NCBI GenBank assembly: GCA_023665555.1
Contig: JAMPDR010000002.1
Location: 2,837 to 66,836 of the forward strand
DNA from: Ruminococcus sp.
GTDB taxonomy: Bacteria; Bacillota; Clostridia; Oscillospirales; Acutalibacteraceae
Direction: 5' to 3'
DNA length: 64,000 nucleotides
Shown piece after piece: positions 46,872-57,655 of this stretch. Position numbers and translations under genes: made by a program. Position 1 is the first letter of the stretch, and every line of letters starts with the position of its first letter. The notes beneath the pieces are model-generated. The model ran no database searches, had not been told where the DNA came from, and was given only the letters and a program-made list of their open reading frames with translations.

Positions 46872-46956
46872 TAATTTTTTATTAAATGTATTGCACAAAT
46901 TAAAAAACATTGTTATAATTAGTTAAGAAACTTTTTTTGAAAGAAGGTATTACATA

Positions 46957-47289
46957 ATGAAAAGCTGCAAAAAACTTATAGCTTTGGTTCTTGCCGTACT
47001 TATGTCTTTTTCAATTTTAGTATGCGCTGCCGGAGCAGAAGGCACAGTGGAAGCAAGTCCAAGCGTTGTTCAGTCCTATGTTTATCCCACAATTGAAACA
47101 GAACCCGATCCTGATATGATCAGCACTATTTACTCTGAATACACCAGTGAATTGAGCGGAATCGGCGAAGGTGTTAGTGAGATCTCAGGTGTGTTCTCAA
47201 CAATACTGAAGATGTTTTCTGATATGTTTGACAAAATCTATAAGGCACTTCAGACCATTTCGGACCTTTTCTACAGCAAGGCAAAATAA
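46957..47289 (+). CDS. Small secreted protein (110 aa) with signal peptide and amphipathic C-terminus
   Basis: MKSCKKLIALVLAVLMSFSILVCAAGAEG signal peptide. C-terminal ...ILKMFSDMFDKIYKALQTISDLFYSKAK. Confidence 0.5.
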   Translation: MKSCKKLIALVLAVLMSFSILVCAAGAEGTVEASPSVVQSYVYPTIETEPDPDMISTIYSEYTSELSGIGEGVSEISGVFSTILKMFSDMFDKIYKALQTISDLFYSKAK

Positions 47290-47671
47290 AAACAAAATTA
47301 CACAGTCTAAGCAGAGGAGTATTTTTGTACTCCTCTACTTTTTATATAAACTAAAATATTTTAATAATCTGTGAATAAATTTATAATAATGCCGTATTTT
47401 ATACATATTGAATAAAATATAATGCACAAAATTAGTTATAAATTATTTGATTTTTTGTATAAAATATGGTAAAATAATTATGCTTTAGTTTTAAGACAGT
47501 CTTGCATGAGCCGATTCGGTAATAATATAAATCGTTCTTTATGCATATTGTCTTCATATACTGTTTATGTAGGATAAAAGCATGGGACAACCGTATGCAG
47601 CTGTCCCGATATTAAATGAACCGCACGAAAAAATCTTATTGTTCGTCATTTGGTTCAAGGAGGTTATTAAA

Positions 47672-49741
47672 ATGAAATCTTACAGCGCTGAAAATATCAG
47701 AAACATAGCAATCGCAGGCCATACCGGTAAAGGCAAAACAACCCTTGCCGAAGCTATGCTCAACATTGCAGGGGCATCAGACAGACTCGGACGTGTTAAG
47801 GAAGGTAACACAGTAATGGATTTTGATGCTGAAGAGAAAAAGCGCCGCTGCTCTTTTTCAACAGCTTTAGCATCGCTTGAATGGAGAGATACAAAAATCA
47901 ATCTTCTTGATACTCCCGGTAAATTTGATTTTGAGGGCGGTGTTTGCGAAGCAATGCGTGCCGTTGAATGTGCACTGATTGTCAACTCGGCAGGTTCATC
48001 TTTCGATGTAGGAACTGAAAAGGCAATCAAAGCTGCCGATGCAAGAGGTATCGCAAAGTTTTTTGCAATCACAAAAATTGACGGTGACAACCGTAATTTC
48101 TATAAAACATTTGAGTCTTTCAAAGCGGTTATCGGAACAAAGCTTTGCCCCGTTGTTGTTCCATATATGGTTGACGGAAAACCCAAGGCATATGTAAATC
48201 TTTGCTCCAACAAGGCATTTGAATATGTGAACGGAAAACCTGTGAGCGTTGAAGTTCCGTCTGACGCACAAATTGACGAAATGAAAGACGTACTCATGGA
48301 AGCTGTTGCATCAGTTGATGATGACCTTATGATGAAATTTTTTGACGGTACACCGCTTACCAAAGAAGAAATCATTGACGGCTTGACAAAGGGTGTTGAA
48401 CAGGGTGAGATTTATCCCGTTTATGCATGCTCAGGATATAACCTTGACGGTGTTGATATGCTGCTTGATGCGATTGTATATTCCGCACCGAACCCTGCAA
48501 ACGCAAAACCGGAAACCGCAAAAGACGCAAATGACAATGATGTTAAAATCAAATGTGATCCTAACGGTCCTACGGCGGCAATCTGCTTCAAAACAGTTGC
48601 AGACCCGTTTGTTGGTAAGATGTCCTTCTTCAAAGTGCTTTCGGGCAAACTGGCAATTGACGTTCCTGCGTATAATTCAAGAAACGGCGAAACTCTCAGA
48701 ATGGGCAAACTTGTTGCAGTCAAGGGCGGTAAGCAGGAAGAAGTCGCTCAAATTTCAGCAGGTGATATCGGTGTTGTAACAAAACTTTCTGGTTTTGCAA
48801 CAGGCGATACACTTTGCAGTCCTAAGCAGGTGGTAACCCTTGATAAGGTTAAGTTCCCTGCACCGTCGCTTTCAATGGCAATCGTTGTCAAAAAGAAAGG
48901 CGAAGAAGATAAAGTCGCATCAGGACTTCGCAAAATTATGGATGAAGACCCAACCATGTCGTTCACGTCAAACGAGGAAACAAGAGAAATGATCCTTTCC
49001 GGTTTAGGCGATTTGCACATGGAAATCATAACAGCAAAGCTGAAATCGAAATTTGGCGTTGAAATCGACCTTAAAGTCCCGAAAGTTGCATACAGAGAAG
49101 CTATCAGAAAGAGTTGTCAGGTTCAAGGCAGACATAAAAAACAATCAGGCGGTTCAGGTCAGTTCGGTGATGTTTGGATTCGCTTTGAACCGCACGACGG
49201 TGATGAGTTGATTTTTGAAACAGAAGTTGTCGGCGGTTCAGTTCCGAAAAACTACTTCCCGGCTGTTGAAAAAGGACTTCAAGAGGCAATCCGCAAAGGT
49301 CCGCTTGCAGGATATCCCGTTGTTGGTTTGAAAGCAGTGCTTTATGACGGATCATACCACCCTGTTGACTCAAACGATATGGCTTTCCGCACAGCGGCAA
49401 AAATTGCATATAAAAACGGCATGGCACAGGCTAACCCTGTTATCCTCGAACCGATTGGCGAACTTAAAGTTTATGTTCCCGATGCAAATCTCGGCGACAT
49501 TATGGGCGATGTAACCAAGCGCAGAGGACGTGTTCTCGGCATGGGAGCAGCAGATGAACCAAAAATGCAGGAACTTGTTGCAGAAGTTCCGCTTGCAGAA
49601 ATGGGTGACTTCTCAACTTCACTTCGCTCAACAACAGCAGGCAGAGGATATTTCACGCTGAACTTTGCAAGATACGAAGATGCTCCAACCAATGTTGCAC
49701 AAAAGGTTATCGAAGAAGCAAAGGCCGAAGCTGAAGAATAA
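47672..49741 (+). CDS. EF-G-like translational GTPase paralogue with non-canonical G motifs
   Basis: G1 motif AGHTGKGKTT and switch II DTPGKFDF (His replaced by Lys). EF-G domains II-V are recognisable. AAGGAGG ribosome-binding site before the ATG at 47672. Confidence 0.75.
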   Translation: MKSYSAENIRNIAIAGHTGKGKTTLAEAMLNIAGASDRLGRVKEGNTVMDFDAEEKKRRCSFSTALASLEWRDTKINLLDTPGKFDFEGGVCEAMRAVECALIVNSAGSSFDVGTEKAIKAADARGIAKFFAITKIDGDNRNFYKTFESFKAVIGTKLCPVVVPYMVDGKPKAYVNLCSNKAFEYVNGKPVSVEVPSDAQIDEMKDVLMEAVASVDDDLMMKFFDGTPLTKEEIIDGLTKGVEQGEIYPVYACSGYNLDGVDMLLDAIVYSAPNPANAKPETAKDANDNDVKIKCDPNGPTAAICFKTVADPFVGKMSFFKVLSGKLAIDVPAYNSRNGETLRMGKLVAVKGGKQEEVAQISAGDIGVVTKLSGFATGDTLCSPKQVVTLDKVKFPAPSLSMAIVVKKKGEEDKVASGLRKIMDEDPTMSFTSNEETREMILSGLGDLHMEIITAKLKSKFGVEIDLKVPKVAYREAIRKSCQVQGRHKKQSGGSGQFGDVWIRFEPHDGDELIFETEVVGGSVPKNYFPAVEKGLQEAIRKGPLAGYPVVGLKAVLYDGSYHPVDSNDMAFRTAAKIAYKNGMAQANPVILEPIGELKVYVPDANLGDIMGDVTKRRGRVLGMGAADEPKMQELVAEVPLAEMGDFSTSLRSTTAGRGYFTLNFARYEDAPTNVAQKVIEEAKAEAEE

Positions 49742-49759
49742 GAATAACTAAATAGATTG

Positions 49760-49800
49760 ACCGAGCAAATCATTTCGACTTGCTCGGTTTTGTTGTGTGT
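49760..49800. terminator. Terminator between the EF-G-like gene and the convergent GH2 gene
   Basis: CCGAGCAA-ATCATTTCGACT-TGCTCGG followed by TTTTGTTG. Confidence 0.6.
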
Positions 49801-49803
49801 GAA

Positions 49804-52188
49804 TTAATTAAACGTATAATAAAAGTAATTGCCGATATTCAGCGGCTTAAGCCTGTAGAAAAATCTGAATAGCTTTTTCTTTATACCTGACTTTTTAAAT
49901 TCAATGATGTTTGCGCATGTAACAGTAAATTTGCTTGGCATATGACTGAAACTAACGGTTCTTTTCTCTCCGGGAGTCAGCGAAAAATAGTTGTCACTCG
50001 GTATCTCATCGCTGTCAATGAACACGTTATAAGCAAAGTTATCACTTTCAAGCGTCAGATTATTGCCGTCAACCGTAGTTTTTATGTTAGCTTTTTTTAA
50101 ATTCAGCTTGTGCGGCGCTGTAAATATCTCGGTGATAACTTCACCGTTAAAGTAAAGCTGTAAAACAGATTTCTTGCTTACTTCAACCGTATCCACAACT
50201 TTAAAACTGTTTGGCTGAATATTCACGTTGTATTGCTTGGTATAGTCAGGATTAAACAGTTTCAGCTTCAGTGTTGTGTTGACTTCAGCAAGCGTGTCAT
50301 TGTGGGCAAAAATAATCACTCTGCCTTTTTCTTTTTTGCAGCTGAAAGTAACAGGCGCAAAAAATTCTCTTGCTTTATATTGCAGTGCCTTGGGAATTCC
50401 TTCAAAATCAACAGACGACCAGCTGGGACAATTCCAAACATCATTATATTGCCAGAAGATTGAACCGTTGCAGCGCCCTTTGTTTTGTCTGAAATGAATC
50501 GTGGCATTTTTGATGCACTCTGCTTGAACGATTCCGGTGAGATACGGCAAAACCTCAAAAGATTTTGGGAAATCAAACATTTCGGTTAAGTAGAACAGCA
50601 TCTTTTCATTACCACCGATACATTTTTGATGCCGATTGAACGATGCAGATTTAATATCGTATTCTTCCGGCGATGCGAAAGTTTTGATTGCTCTCATTGA
50701 CGGAAGAGATTCCAATCCGAATTCAGATAAAAATCTTGAATATCTCGTTGTGTAATAATCAAGCTTTTTTAGTCCGTGCCAAACACTCCACATGTGAGTA
50801 TCGCCGACATCATCGCTTGAATAATTCTTAAACGGCTCACTTCCGACAGGAGAGGTCGGTATATATGAAACATCGGTTATATCCTTGATGAAGTCCGGGA
50901 GTGTATGATAAAAGAACTCCACATATGACTTCATAAGTTTTGTTGTTTTCGGAAGATACGAGAACATAACTTCAATTTCATTGTTGCCGCACCATAGCGC
51001 AAGACTCGGATGCATTGTCAGACGCTGAACATTTTTCTCAACCTCGCGAAGAACATTTTCGGTAAAATCCGATTCATAAAACGGATACATCAAACATGCA
51101 AAACAAAAATCCTGCCACACGAGAATACCTCTTTCATCGCATTGATTCATAAAATACTCGCTCGCATAGCTGCCGCCGCCCCAAACTCTGATGATGTTGA
51201 AGTTAGACTTCTGAGCAAGGTCAAGATAATAATCTACGGTATTGTTGTCGCTATCCTCATAAATTGCGGAAAACGGAATCAGATTGCCGCCCTTGGCGAA
51301 TACCTTTTCGCCGTTGAGCACAAAGCAAAAATTGCTACCGTATTCATCCTCGGACACGTCAAGATAAAGTGAGCGCAGGCCGATTTTCTTTTCCGCTCTG
51401 TCCTCATCATTTTCAAACACAACAGTATACAGCGGCTGATTTTCCTTTTGCGACATCTCATATGTATACCACAGTTCGGGATTATCAACTGTGAATGTAT
51501 TGTTTTCACTGATATCGGCAGTACTTCCGTCGGGACAAATCAGATATATCCTGTCAGCATTATCTGCCGACACCGTAATAACTGACTGTTCCTTGGTTGT
51601 GTTTTGCGAAACTTTGATATTTTCAATTCTTCTGTTGAAACATTTCAGCTTAATGAAATCGGTCACTGCACAATACGGCACACACGGACCCCAGTCCCAG
51701 CCGAAATGACATGCAGGTTTTCTCAAATATGCAATACCGTCCACACCGTTGTTGTTTTTCGGCAGCGGATTTTCATTTTGCTTTGCGGTAACATATTTAA
51801 CAGCCGAAGCAAAATGAAGGAGAATATGGTTGATGCCGGCTCGAAGATAAGATTTGACGTCAATATCGATCGGAACAAAAGCATTGTTGCTTTCGAACAC
51901 CTTTTCACCGTTTATATAACAAGTACAAAGCGTATCAAGTCCGCCACAGCAAAGATGAATGTATGCACTGCTGAGTTCACAATCAGCCAATTCAAAATCA
52001 CGTGAAAACTCAATGTCGTTTTCGCCTGTGGCAATACCCTCTTTTTCATCGCCGGAAATCAGCGGATTCCGGATTGCATTGTTTCTGATGAGATTACCGA
52101 AGTCGCTACCGGGAATTATCGCATCATATTGCGCATTATCTGTGCAGTTTTTCATTCGCCATGTTCCTGCAAGGTTTATCTCCGTCAT
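49804..52188 (-). CDS. Glycoside hydrolase family 2 (beta-mannosidase-like), cytoplasmic
   Basis: 794 aa. N-terminal sugar-binding-like region, then a central TIM-barrel-like region with WQDF and NE motifs. No signal peptide. Confidence 0.65.
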   Translation of the reverse strand: MTEINLAGTWRMKNCTDNAQYDAIIPGSDFGNLIRNNAIRNPLISGDEKEGIATGENDIEFSRDFELADCELSSAYIHLCCGGLDTLCTCYINGEKVFESNNAFVPIDIDVKSYLRAGINHILLHFASAVKYVTAKQNENPLPKNNNGVDGIAYLRKPACHFGWDWGPCVPYCAVTDFIKLKCFNRRIENIKVSQNTTKEQSVITVSADNADRIYLICPDGSTADISENNTFTVDNPELWYTYEMSQKENQPLYTVVFENDEDRAEKKIGLRSLYLDVSEDEYGSNFCFVLNGEKVFAKGGNLIPFSAIYEDSDNNTVDYYLDLAQKSNFNIIRVWGGGSYASEYFMNQCDERGILVWQDFCFACLMYPFYESDFTENVLREVEKNVQRLTMHPSLALWCGNNEIEVMFSYLPKTTKLMKSYVEFFYHTLPDFIKDITDVSYIPTSPVGSEPFKNYSSDDVGDTHMWSVWHGLKKLDYYTTRYSRFLSEFGLESLPSMRAIKTFASPEEYDIKSASFNRHQKCIGGNEKMLFYLTEMFDFPKSFEVLPYLTGIVQAECIKNATIHFRQNKGRCNGSIFWQYNDVWNCPSWSSVDFEGIPKALQYKAREFFAPVTFSCKKEKGRVIIFAHNDTLAEVNTTLKLKLFNPDYTKQYNVNIQPNSFKVVDTVEVSKKSVLQLYFNGEVITEIFTAPHKLNLKKANIKTTVDGNNLTLESDNFAYNVFIDSDEIPSDNYFSLTPGEKRTVSFSHMPSKFTVTCANIIEFKKSGIKKKLFRFFYRLKPLNIGNYFYYTFN

Positions 52189-52253
52189 TAAATTATTCCT
52201 CCTTATTCAGTACAAGTTTCTTCGCAATCTAAGAAGATGATAATATTGATTGC

Positions 52254-54932
52254 TTAAAAATTGAAAGATATTGTTTGAGGTTCTTTTGCTTTGAAAGATA
52301 TTGTACGTTCATCTCCAGAAAGGCCGCAGGAAACCTTGATATCCTGCTCAATATCAGAAGTAATTTTAACGGTTGCCGTACCCTTGACAACGTCCCATTC
52401 AAGTGAATCCACAGTTGCCCTGGTGCGTGACTTGATGCCTGTGATTGTGCCTTTATCAAAGCCGCTGTTCAAAAGTGCAGGCAAAATTTCAATTTCGCCG
52501 TTATTCGAATAAACAAGGCTTTCGTTAATTATACCGAGATAGCCGATTGAAAAATCTGTGCAATAGGCGCTTCTTGCGTTCATGTGATGGTTAGTCATCA
52601 ATGAATTGTAATAAATCTTGCTTGACATCAGTTCAGCAAGCGCAGCAGTTAAACCATCTCTGTCTTTAAGCCTTGCACAAATCAACGATCTGTGAACCAG
52701 TGCATGGCTTGCTTCGTTTTCGCTTTCGCGGTTCACGATTGCCTGCTCACATGCCGCTTTTAGTTCTTCATCGTTCTGTGTTTCAAACAGCGGCCACACA
52801 CCGTAAAGATGGCTTAAATGTCTGTGTTCATTGTTTTCGTCGAATGCAGTTGTTGCCCATTCTTTGAGCGCACCTGTTTCATCATAAAGATACGGCGGCA
52901 GTTTATCAAGCATAGCCTGCCATTTTGATGTATCAGCATCAGGCATCACCTGCTTTGAAATGTCAATCAGCATGTTAAGATTATCTCTGCATGCGGCAAT
53001 ATCTATCGCACAGTTTGCATCTGACGGACTCGCATAGTTTGACGGATTGTTTTCCGGAGAGTAACTCGGCAAGATACAATATGTTTCGCCGTCATTAAGC
53101 TGTGTCTTACCCTTTTCATAGTGAATACCGCCGTCTTTATCGGTGTAGTATTCGGGTGTCATGAGTTGGCTCCAATAGTTGGCAGATTTTATCAGCAGCG
53201 GCAGAAGTATGTCCTCACGAAGTTTAAGATGTCCGCGATCGGTGATTGTTTTGATATCATCATCCGTCAGATCTTCTTCTGTAAGAGAAAGCACTGACTT
53301 AAGAGCGGTTAAGTCAAATTCATCGCTTAGCGGAATGTCTATGTTTCCATAGCACTGCAAAGTTTCATAAAGCGGCTGAAGCATCCATGATGCGCCTGCG
53401 TTCCAATATCTGAACGGATACGGATAGCAGGTTTCAGTGATTACCGCCTTATCACCGTCAGAATTGACAGGTGCCTGAATTGCATCGGTAAATCCGTGGG
53501 TTGCATATGCATTTTCCTCCCAATCCGGCAGTTGACGAAGAATAAAATATGTATATCCGATGGGTGAGGATTCGATGTTGCCCGTGTTCATCGATGAGGT
53601 TTGCAGATTAACATTAGCGTCCATAGTATATTTACTGCCCCAGCCGGTGTTCCATTCGCCGGTCCACATGCCGTAAAGTCGGCTTGTTGAATATCCGCTA
53701 CAACAAAGATACGCATATCTTCCTGCATAGTATGCTCGTTGAGCAAGAGCAGAATTCACCTCTTTGCTGTGCTTTTGTGTTTTAATGAGGCTTTCATTAG
53801 ATTTTGTATTATCATCGCCAAGCGTGAGAGTAACAGCATCAAACTGCGGCTGATAAATTGCAAGATGATTTTCAAGAGCCTTATCATAATCAAAGCCAAG
53901 TTCAGTTGAATATTTATCTGCAACAGCTTTGACTGTATTATAAAGTTTATCAACAAGAGCATATGAGGTCTGACTTTCAAATTCCGCATAAGTGCCCATG
54001 CTATGCGTTCTGTCTGATGCGGTTATAAGATAAACTGCGTCCGCATCGGTAATTCTTATACCGTTGTTATCGCCGCAGAACTGTGTTTCATCGGTATTCT
54101 TTTCAAGCAAAACTTTTTCCTTCGTACCGCCAACAGTCACAACATATGAAAGTGTTGCATATCCGCCGTTTTTAAGTTCGCTGTTTTCATAATCGGGATA
54201 GTGAGCAACAAGTGCAATCGAAGAAGCAGAATCATCCGCAAGCTTTTTATATTTAAGATTGACTTCATCGCTGCTGCCGAAGTTTGCAAGAGTTGAGATA
54301 TCATCGAAAGAAAGGGTGGTATTGATTTTTGCGTTACCGTCAACAGAGTCAAGTTTGGTAATAACAACCGAATCAGCCATTGAAGTAAAAGATTTTCTTT
54401 CCCATTTGCCGCTTTTGTCGGTATAGTAAATGCCTACCTGCGAAGTTTCATAATCGGTATAGCGAACATAATCGTATGCTCCGCTACCATCGAAATCAAG
54501 TCGTAACTGACCGCCCGGATGATAGCGATAAACATCGTCGTAACTTGCATTATCGGTTATATCCTCACCCTTTACAATTGCCTGCTTGACAGTTTCAAGT
54601 TCATCAAATGTTTCAGGGCAATAGCGAACGTTTTCATTCGGCATAATGAAATGCATATTCTGAAAAATAAATGTATCCGAATACGGTGAGCCGCTTTCAA
54701 CAAAACCCTGCAATCCGTTACCGGATACCATACCATGGCGCCAACTATCAGTTTTATTTTTCTTCACCGCGGAAAGTTCTTCAAAACTTTCGCTGTAAGA
54801 AATCTTGCTCAAATCAGTAAAAAGTTCATCAACCTTAGTGCTTGATTCATTGTTGTTTCCGCAGGCAGTAACAGTGCAAACAAGCGAACCGCAGAGAATC
54901 AGACCGAGAAATCGTTTAATAGAGTTTTTCAT
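52254..54932 (-). CDS. Large secreted lipoprotein, probably a glycoside hydrolase (GH95-like is tentative)
   Basis: Lipoprotein signal MKNSIKRFLGLILCGSLVCTVTAC. 892 aa. Contains an RHLSHLYGVWP segment reminiscent of GH95. Co-located with the GH2 gene. Confidence 0.5.
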   Translation of the reverse strand: MKNSIKRFLGLILCGSLVCTVTACGNNNESSTKVDELFTDLSKISYSESFEELSAVKKNKTDSWRHGMVSGNGLQGFVESGSPYSDTFIFQNMHFIMPNENVRYCPETFDELETVKQAIVKGEDITDNASYDDVYRYHPGGQLRLDFDGSGAYDYVRYTDYETSQVGIYYTDKSGKWERKSFTSMADSVVITKLDSVDGNAKINTTLSFDDISTLANFGSSDEVNLKYKKLADDSASSIALVAHYPDYENSELKNGGYATLSYVVTVGGTKEKVLLEKNTDETQFCGDNNGIRITDADAVYLITASDRTHSMGTYAEFESQTSYALVDKLYNTVKAVADKYSTELGFDYDKALENHLAIYQPQFDAVTLTLGDDNTKSNESLIKTQKHSKEVNSALAQRAYYAGRYAYLCCSGYSTSRLYGMWTGEWNTGWGSKYTMDANVNLQTSSMNTGNIESSPIGYTYFILRQLPDWEENAYATHGFTDAIQAPVNSDGDKAVITETCYPYPFRYWNAGASWMLQPLYETLQCYGNIDIPLSDEFDLTALKSVLSLTEEDLTDDDIKTITDRGHLKLREDILLPLLIKSANYWSQLMTPEYYTDKDGGIHYEKGKTQLNDGETYCILPSYSPENNPSNYASPSDANCAIDIAACRDNLNMLIDISKQVMPDADTSKWQAMLDKLPPYLYDETGALKEWATTAFDENNEHRHLSHLYGVWPLFETQNDEELKAACEQAIVNRESENEASHALVHRSLICARLKDRDGLTAALAELMSSKIYYNSLMTNHHMNARSAYCTDFSIGYLGIINESLVYSNNGEIEILPALLNSGFDKGTITGIKSRTRATVDSLEWDVVKGTATVKITSDIEQDIKVSCGLSGDERTISFKAKEPQTISFNF

Positions 54933-55155
54933 TTTTAATCACCTCGATGAGATTATATCATAACCGAAACAAAAAATCATCATTAAATTGAGAATAGTTT
55001 AATCATATGATGATTTTCAGTTTACTGTTTTCGAAGTGGATGCAAAATAAAAAAAGTTCGAAATGGGTATTACACCATCGTCGAACTTTTGATATGTATT
55101 TAATTGTTAAATATTACAGAATACCGAGAACACATTTTCAAATCGCACCGATTTA

Positions 55156-55620
55156 TTATGCTTCTGATTTTAATATATCCAGAGTTTTGAAGTCTTGTTT
55201 TCCGCCAAAGAACTTATCTAACACAGCTAAAAAAACTTCATTGTGATCACAGGCATTGGCAAATAATGTCATACACGATTTCAACTTCAAATCGTCAGGT
55301 TTATCGAATATCTCTTTTACATTATTAGTATCCAGTTTAAGTAATGCTTCAGAGATTTCTATAAGATTATGATAAAGGTATTCATTATTCAAGTATGCCC
55401 TTGCTTCTTCTGTTCCCTGGATGGCGTAATACTGTGAAAAGGATCTTTTTCCTAAGCCTTTTATTTGAGGAAAAATATACCACATCCAATGATTTTCCTT
55501 TCTGCCGTTCCTGATTTCGGCAAGAGCACATTGATAGTCATTTTTCTGAGCCTGTATGAATCTTTCTAAGTTGAATTGCTGAGTCATGATAATCACCATG
55601 CGATACAGATTATCGCTCAA
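55156..55620 (-). CDS. DUF1810 family protein
   Basis: FNLERFIQAQ...HWMWYIFPQIKGLGKRSFSQYYAI matches the DUF1810 pattern. The real start is probably the internal Met near 55587. Confidence 0.7.
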   Translation of the reverse strand: MSDNLYRMVIIMTQQFNLERFIQAQKNDYQCALAEIRNGRKENHWMWYIFPQIKGLGKRSFSQYYAIQGTEEARAYLNNEYLYHNLIEISEALLKLDTNNVKEIFDKPDDLKLKSCMTLFANACDHNEVFLAVLDKFFGGKQDFKTLDILKSEA

Positions 55621-55757
55621 ATAGAGATGAATATTTTATCTGAGTATCCGTACCGCTACCTCCTTCTAAATTTTATGATTAAATAAAACTATATCTGCCT
55701 ATTTAAATCTCGCAAATAAATTAATAAAAGAAACCACTTTTCCCAAGTGGTTTCTTT

Positions 55758-55834
55758 TGGCGCGCCAGAAGGGACTCGAACCCCTGACCTTTTGGTTCGT
55801 AGCCAAACACTCTATCCGGCTGAGCTACTGGCGC
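55758..55834 (-). tRNA. tRNA-Arg (anticodon ACG), CCA encoded
   Basis: Reverse complement GCGCCAGTAGCTCAGCCGGATAGAGTGTTTGGCTACGAACCAAAAGGTCAGGGGTTCGAGTCCCTTCTGGCGCGCCA. Confidence 0.9.
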
Positions 55835-55954
55835 ATTTCTCATTTGCCCAAGTATATTATCACAAAATAAAAGCAATGTCAAGTTTTTATTTGAAAAAAT
55901 TGCTCAGTCGGTTTATAAATTTGTTTAAAGCTATCTCATATTGCATTTATTTGC

Positions 55955-56134
55955 TTAATTTATATCATAAATTTCTTTGTAATTGTCGCGTTCGGCTTCG
56001 CTGGATGGATCAAACGGAATCAGTCCCGTACATTCCGTTGCAGACATAACCGTGTATCTGTCATAAAGAAAATCATGAATGTCACCGAGATTATATGGAT
56101 CAGTGCCATTTTTCTTTTTGGCTTTTTTGTTCAT
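55955..56134 (-). CDS. Small basic hypothetical protein (59 aa)
   Basis: MNKKAKKKNGTDPYNLGDIHDFLY... AAGGA ribosome-binding site. Below the ORF-track length cutoff. Confidence 0.3.
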   Translation of the reverse strand: MNKKAKKKNGTDPYNLGDIHDFLYDRYTVMSATECTGLIPFDPSSEAERDNYKEIYDIN

Positions 56135-56433
56135 TTTGCTTTATCCTTTCATTATATTACTACATTATTATTTTCTCGTGAAAGTTCTTGTTTACATATG
56201 ACAATTATTAGCTTTTCGGAATTTAGTTGATCGTTGGTAAGTTTTTATGTTGATATTTTGTGCAATATGTGACAAATTTCGTGGAATTTTACAATTTGAT
56301 AAGCTCAATTTTGTGAATGTATAGTGTTGATTTTGGATAAAAAATGGTGTAAATTGTAATAATACTAAGGAGTAGCTGACAATTTCAGTGCATATCGGAA
56401 GCTGCTTCAATTCAAAGAATCGGTGTGATATAC

Positions 56434-57516
56434 ATGAAACAAAATATTATTCGTTCGGCGGTTGCTGCAATGCTTGCCGCCATAATGGTTCTTGGCCTTT
56501 GCTCATGCGGTAAAGCTGAAGTTGAAGAAACAACAACTCAGCCTACAACTGTTGCAACAACAAAAAAGGAAGTGTTGACAGATTATAACCGCCTGACAGG
56601 TATTGATGACCTTTCAGATGCCGCAAAAGGTAAACGACCCGTTGCAATAATGATCAATAACATTAAAGCTTCACTGCCGCAATATGGTATTTCAAAGGCA
56701 GACTTGATGTTTGAAGTGCTTGTTGAGGGCGGTATTACAAGAATGATGGCTGTATACGGTGACTATACGAAGGTGCCGAATGTGTGCTCGGTCAGAAGTT
56801 GTCGTTACTATTTCCCGATTTTTGCCCACGGACTGGATGCAGTTTATTTTTGCTACGGAAGCAATCCGACTCTTGCAACACCAACACTGAAAAGAATCGG
56901 TATTGACTATTTCAATGCGTCCGAAAACAACGAATCGCTGATTTTTGGAAGAGATTCAAACCGTTTAGGTAAATACAGTAAGGAGCACACAGCTTTTGTT
57001 AAAGGTCAGAACATGCCGCAGCTTCTCGATAAATATAAAATCCGTACTGATTACAAGGAAGGCAAGGATAATTACATTTTCAACTTCAGAAAAGAAGGCG
57101 ATTTGAAAGCTCCGTCAAAGAGCAGTTGCGAAACTGTAAGACTCAATTTCTCAAATTCGTATTATTCAACATTTACCTATGACAGCGGTAAAAAGGTTTA
57201 TCTTAAGCAGCACTCAGGAAAGGCTCACATGGATTCCGTTTCCGGTGAGCAGCTTGCATATACAAATGTTTTCGTTCTCGAAACCGATGTATCGCTTTAT
57301 CAAGGCGGTCCGCTCGTTCAGGTCGATTGGAAAGGCGGAACAGGATATTATATTTCCTGCGGCGCAGTCAAAAAAATCAAGTGGTCAAAAAAGAACGAGG
57401 AAGCAGGAATTAAAATTACCGATACTGAGGGCAAGTCAATCAAGGTTAATGCAGGTAAAAGTTATATCGGTGTTATCAACTATGATTCAACAAAAATCAC
57501 CGAAAGCACAAAGTAA
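56434..57516 (+). CDS. DUF3048 (YerB-like) lipoprotein
   Basis: Lipobox LGLCSCG. RPVAIMINN...YGISKADLMFEVLVEGGITRMMAVY is typical of DUF3048. Confidence 0.7.
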   Translation: MKQNIIRSAVAAMLAAIMVLGLCSCGKAEVEETTTQPTTVATTKKEVLTDYNRLTGIDDLSDAAKGKRPVAIMINNIKASLPQYGISKADLMFEVLVEGGITRMMAVYGDYTKVPNVCSVRSCRYYFPIFAHGLDAVYFCYGSNPTLATPTLKRIGIDYFNASENNESLIFGRDSNRLGKYSKEHTAFVKGQNMPQLLDKYKIRTDYKEGKDNYIFNFRKEGDLKAPSKSSCETVRLNFSNSYYSTFTYDSGKKVYLKQHSGKAHMDSVSGEQLAYTNVFVLETDVSLYQGGPLVQVDWKGGTGYYISCGAVKKIKWSKKNEEAGIKITDTEGKSIKVNAGKSYIGVINYDSTKITESTK

Positions 57517-57655
57517 GTTTTGTCCGGTTTATTAACAAATCATTAAACTTTATTTATATTGCTGATTTCGACATAATATTACTTGTAATTATTTAACTGC
57601 CATGCTATAATCCAATTGGTTAGAAGCCAAATATTTCAAAAAGGAGTGCGTAACA

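Noticed and set aside
47582-47671. Longer start (47582) for the EF-G-like gene
   Set aside because: The ATG at 47672 is preceded by a canonical AAGGAGG ribosome-binding site and begins the conserved GTPase N-terminus. The upstream extension is unconserved.
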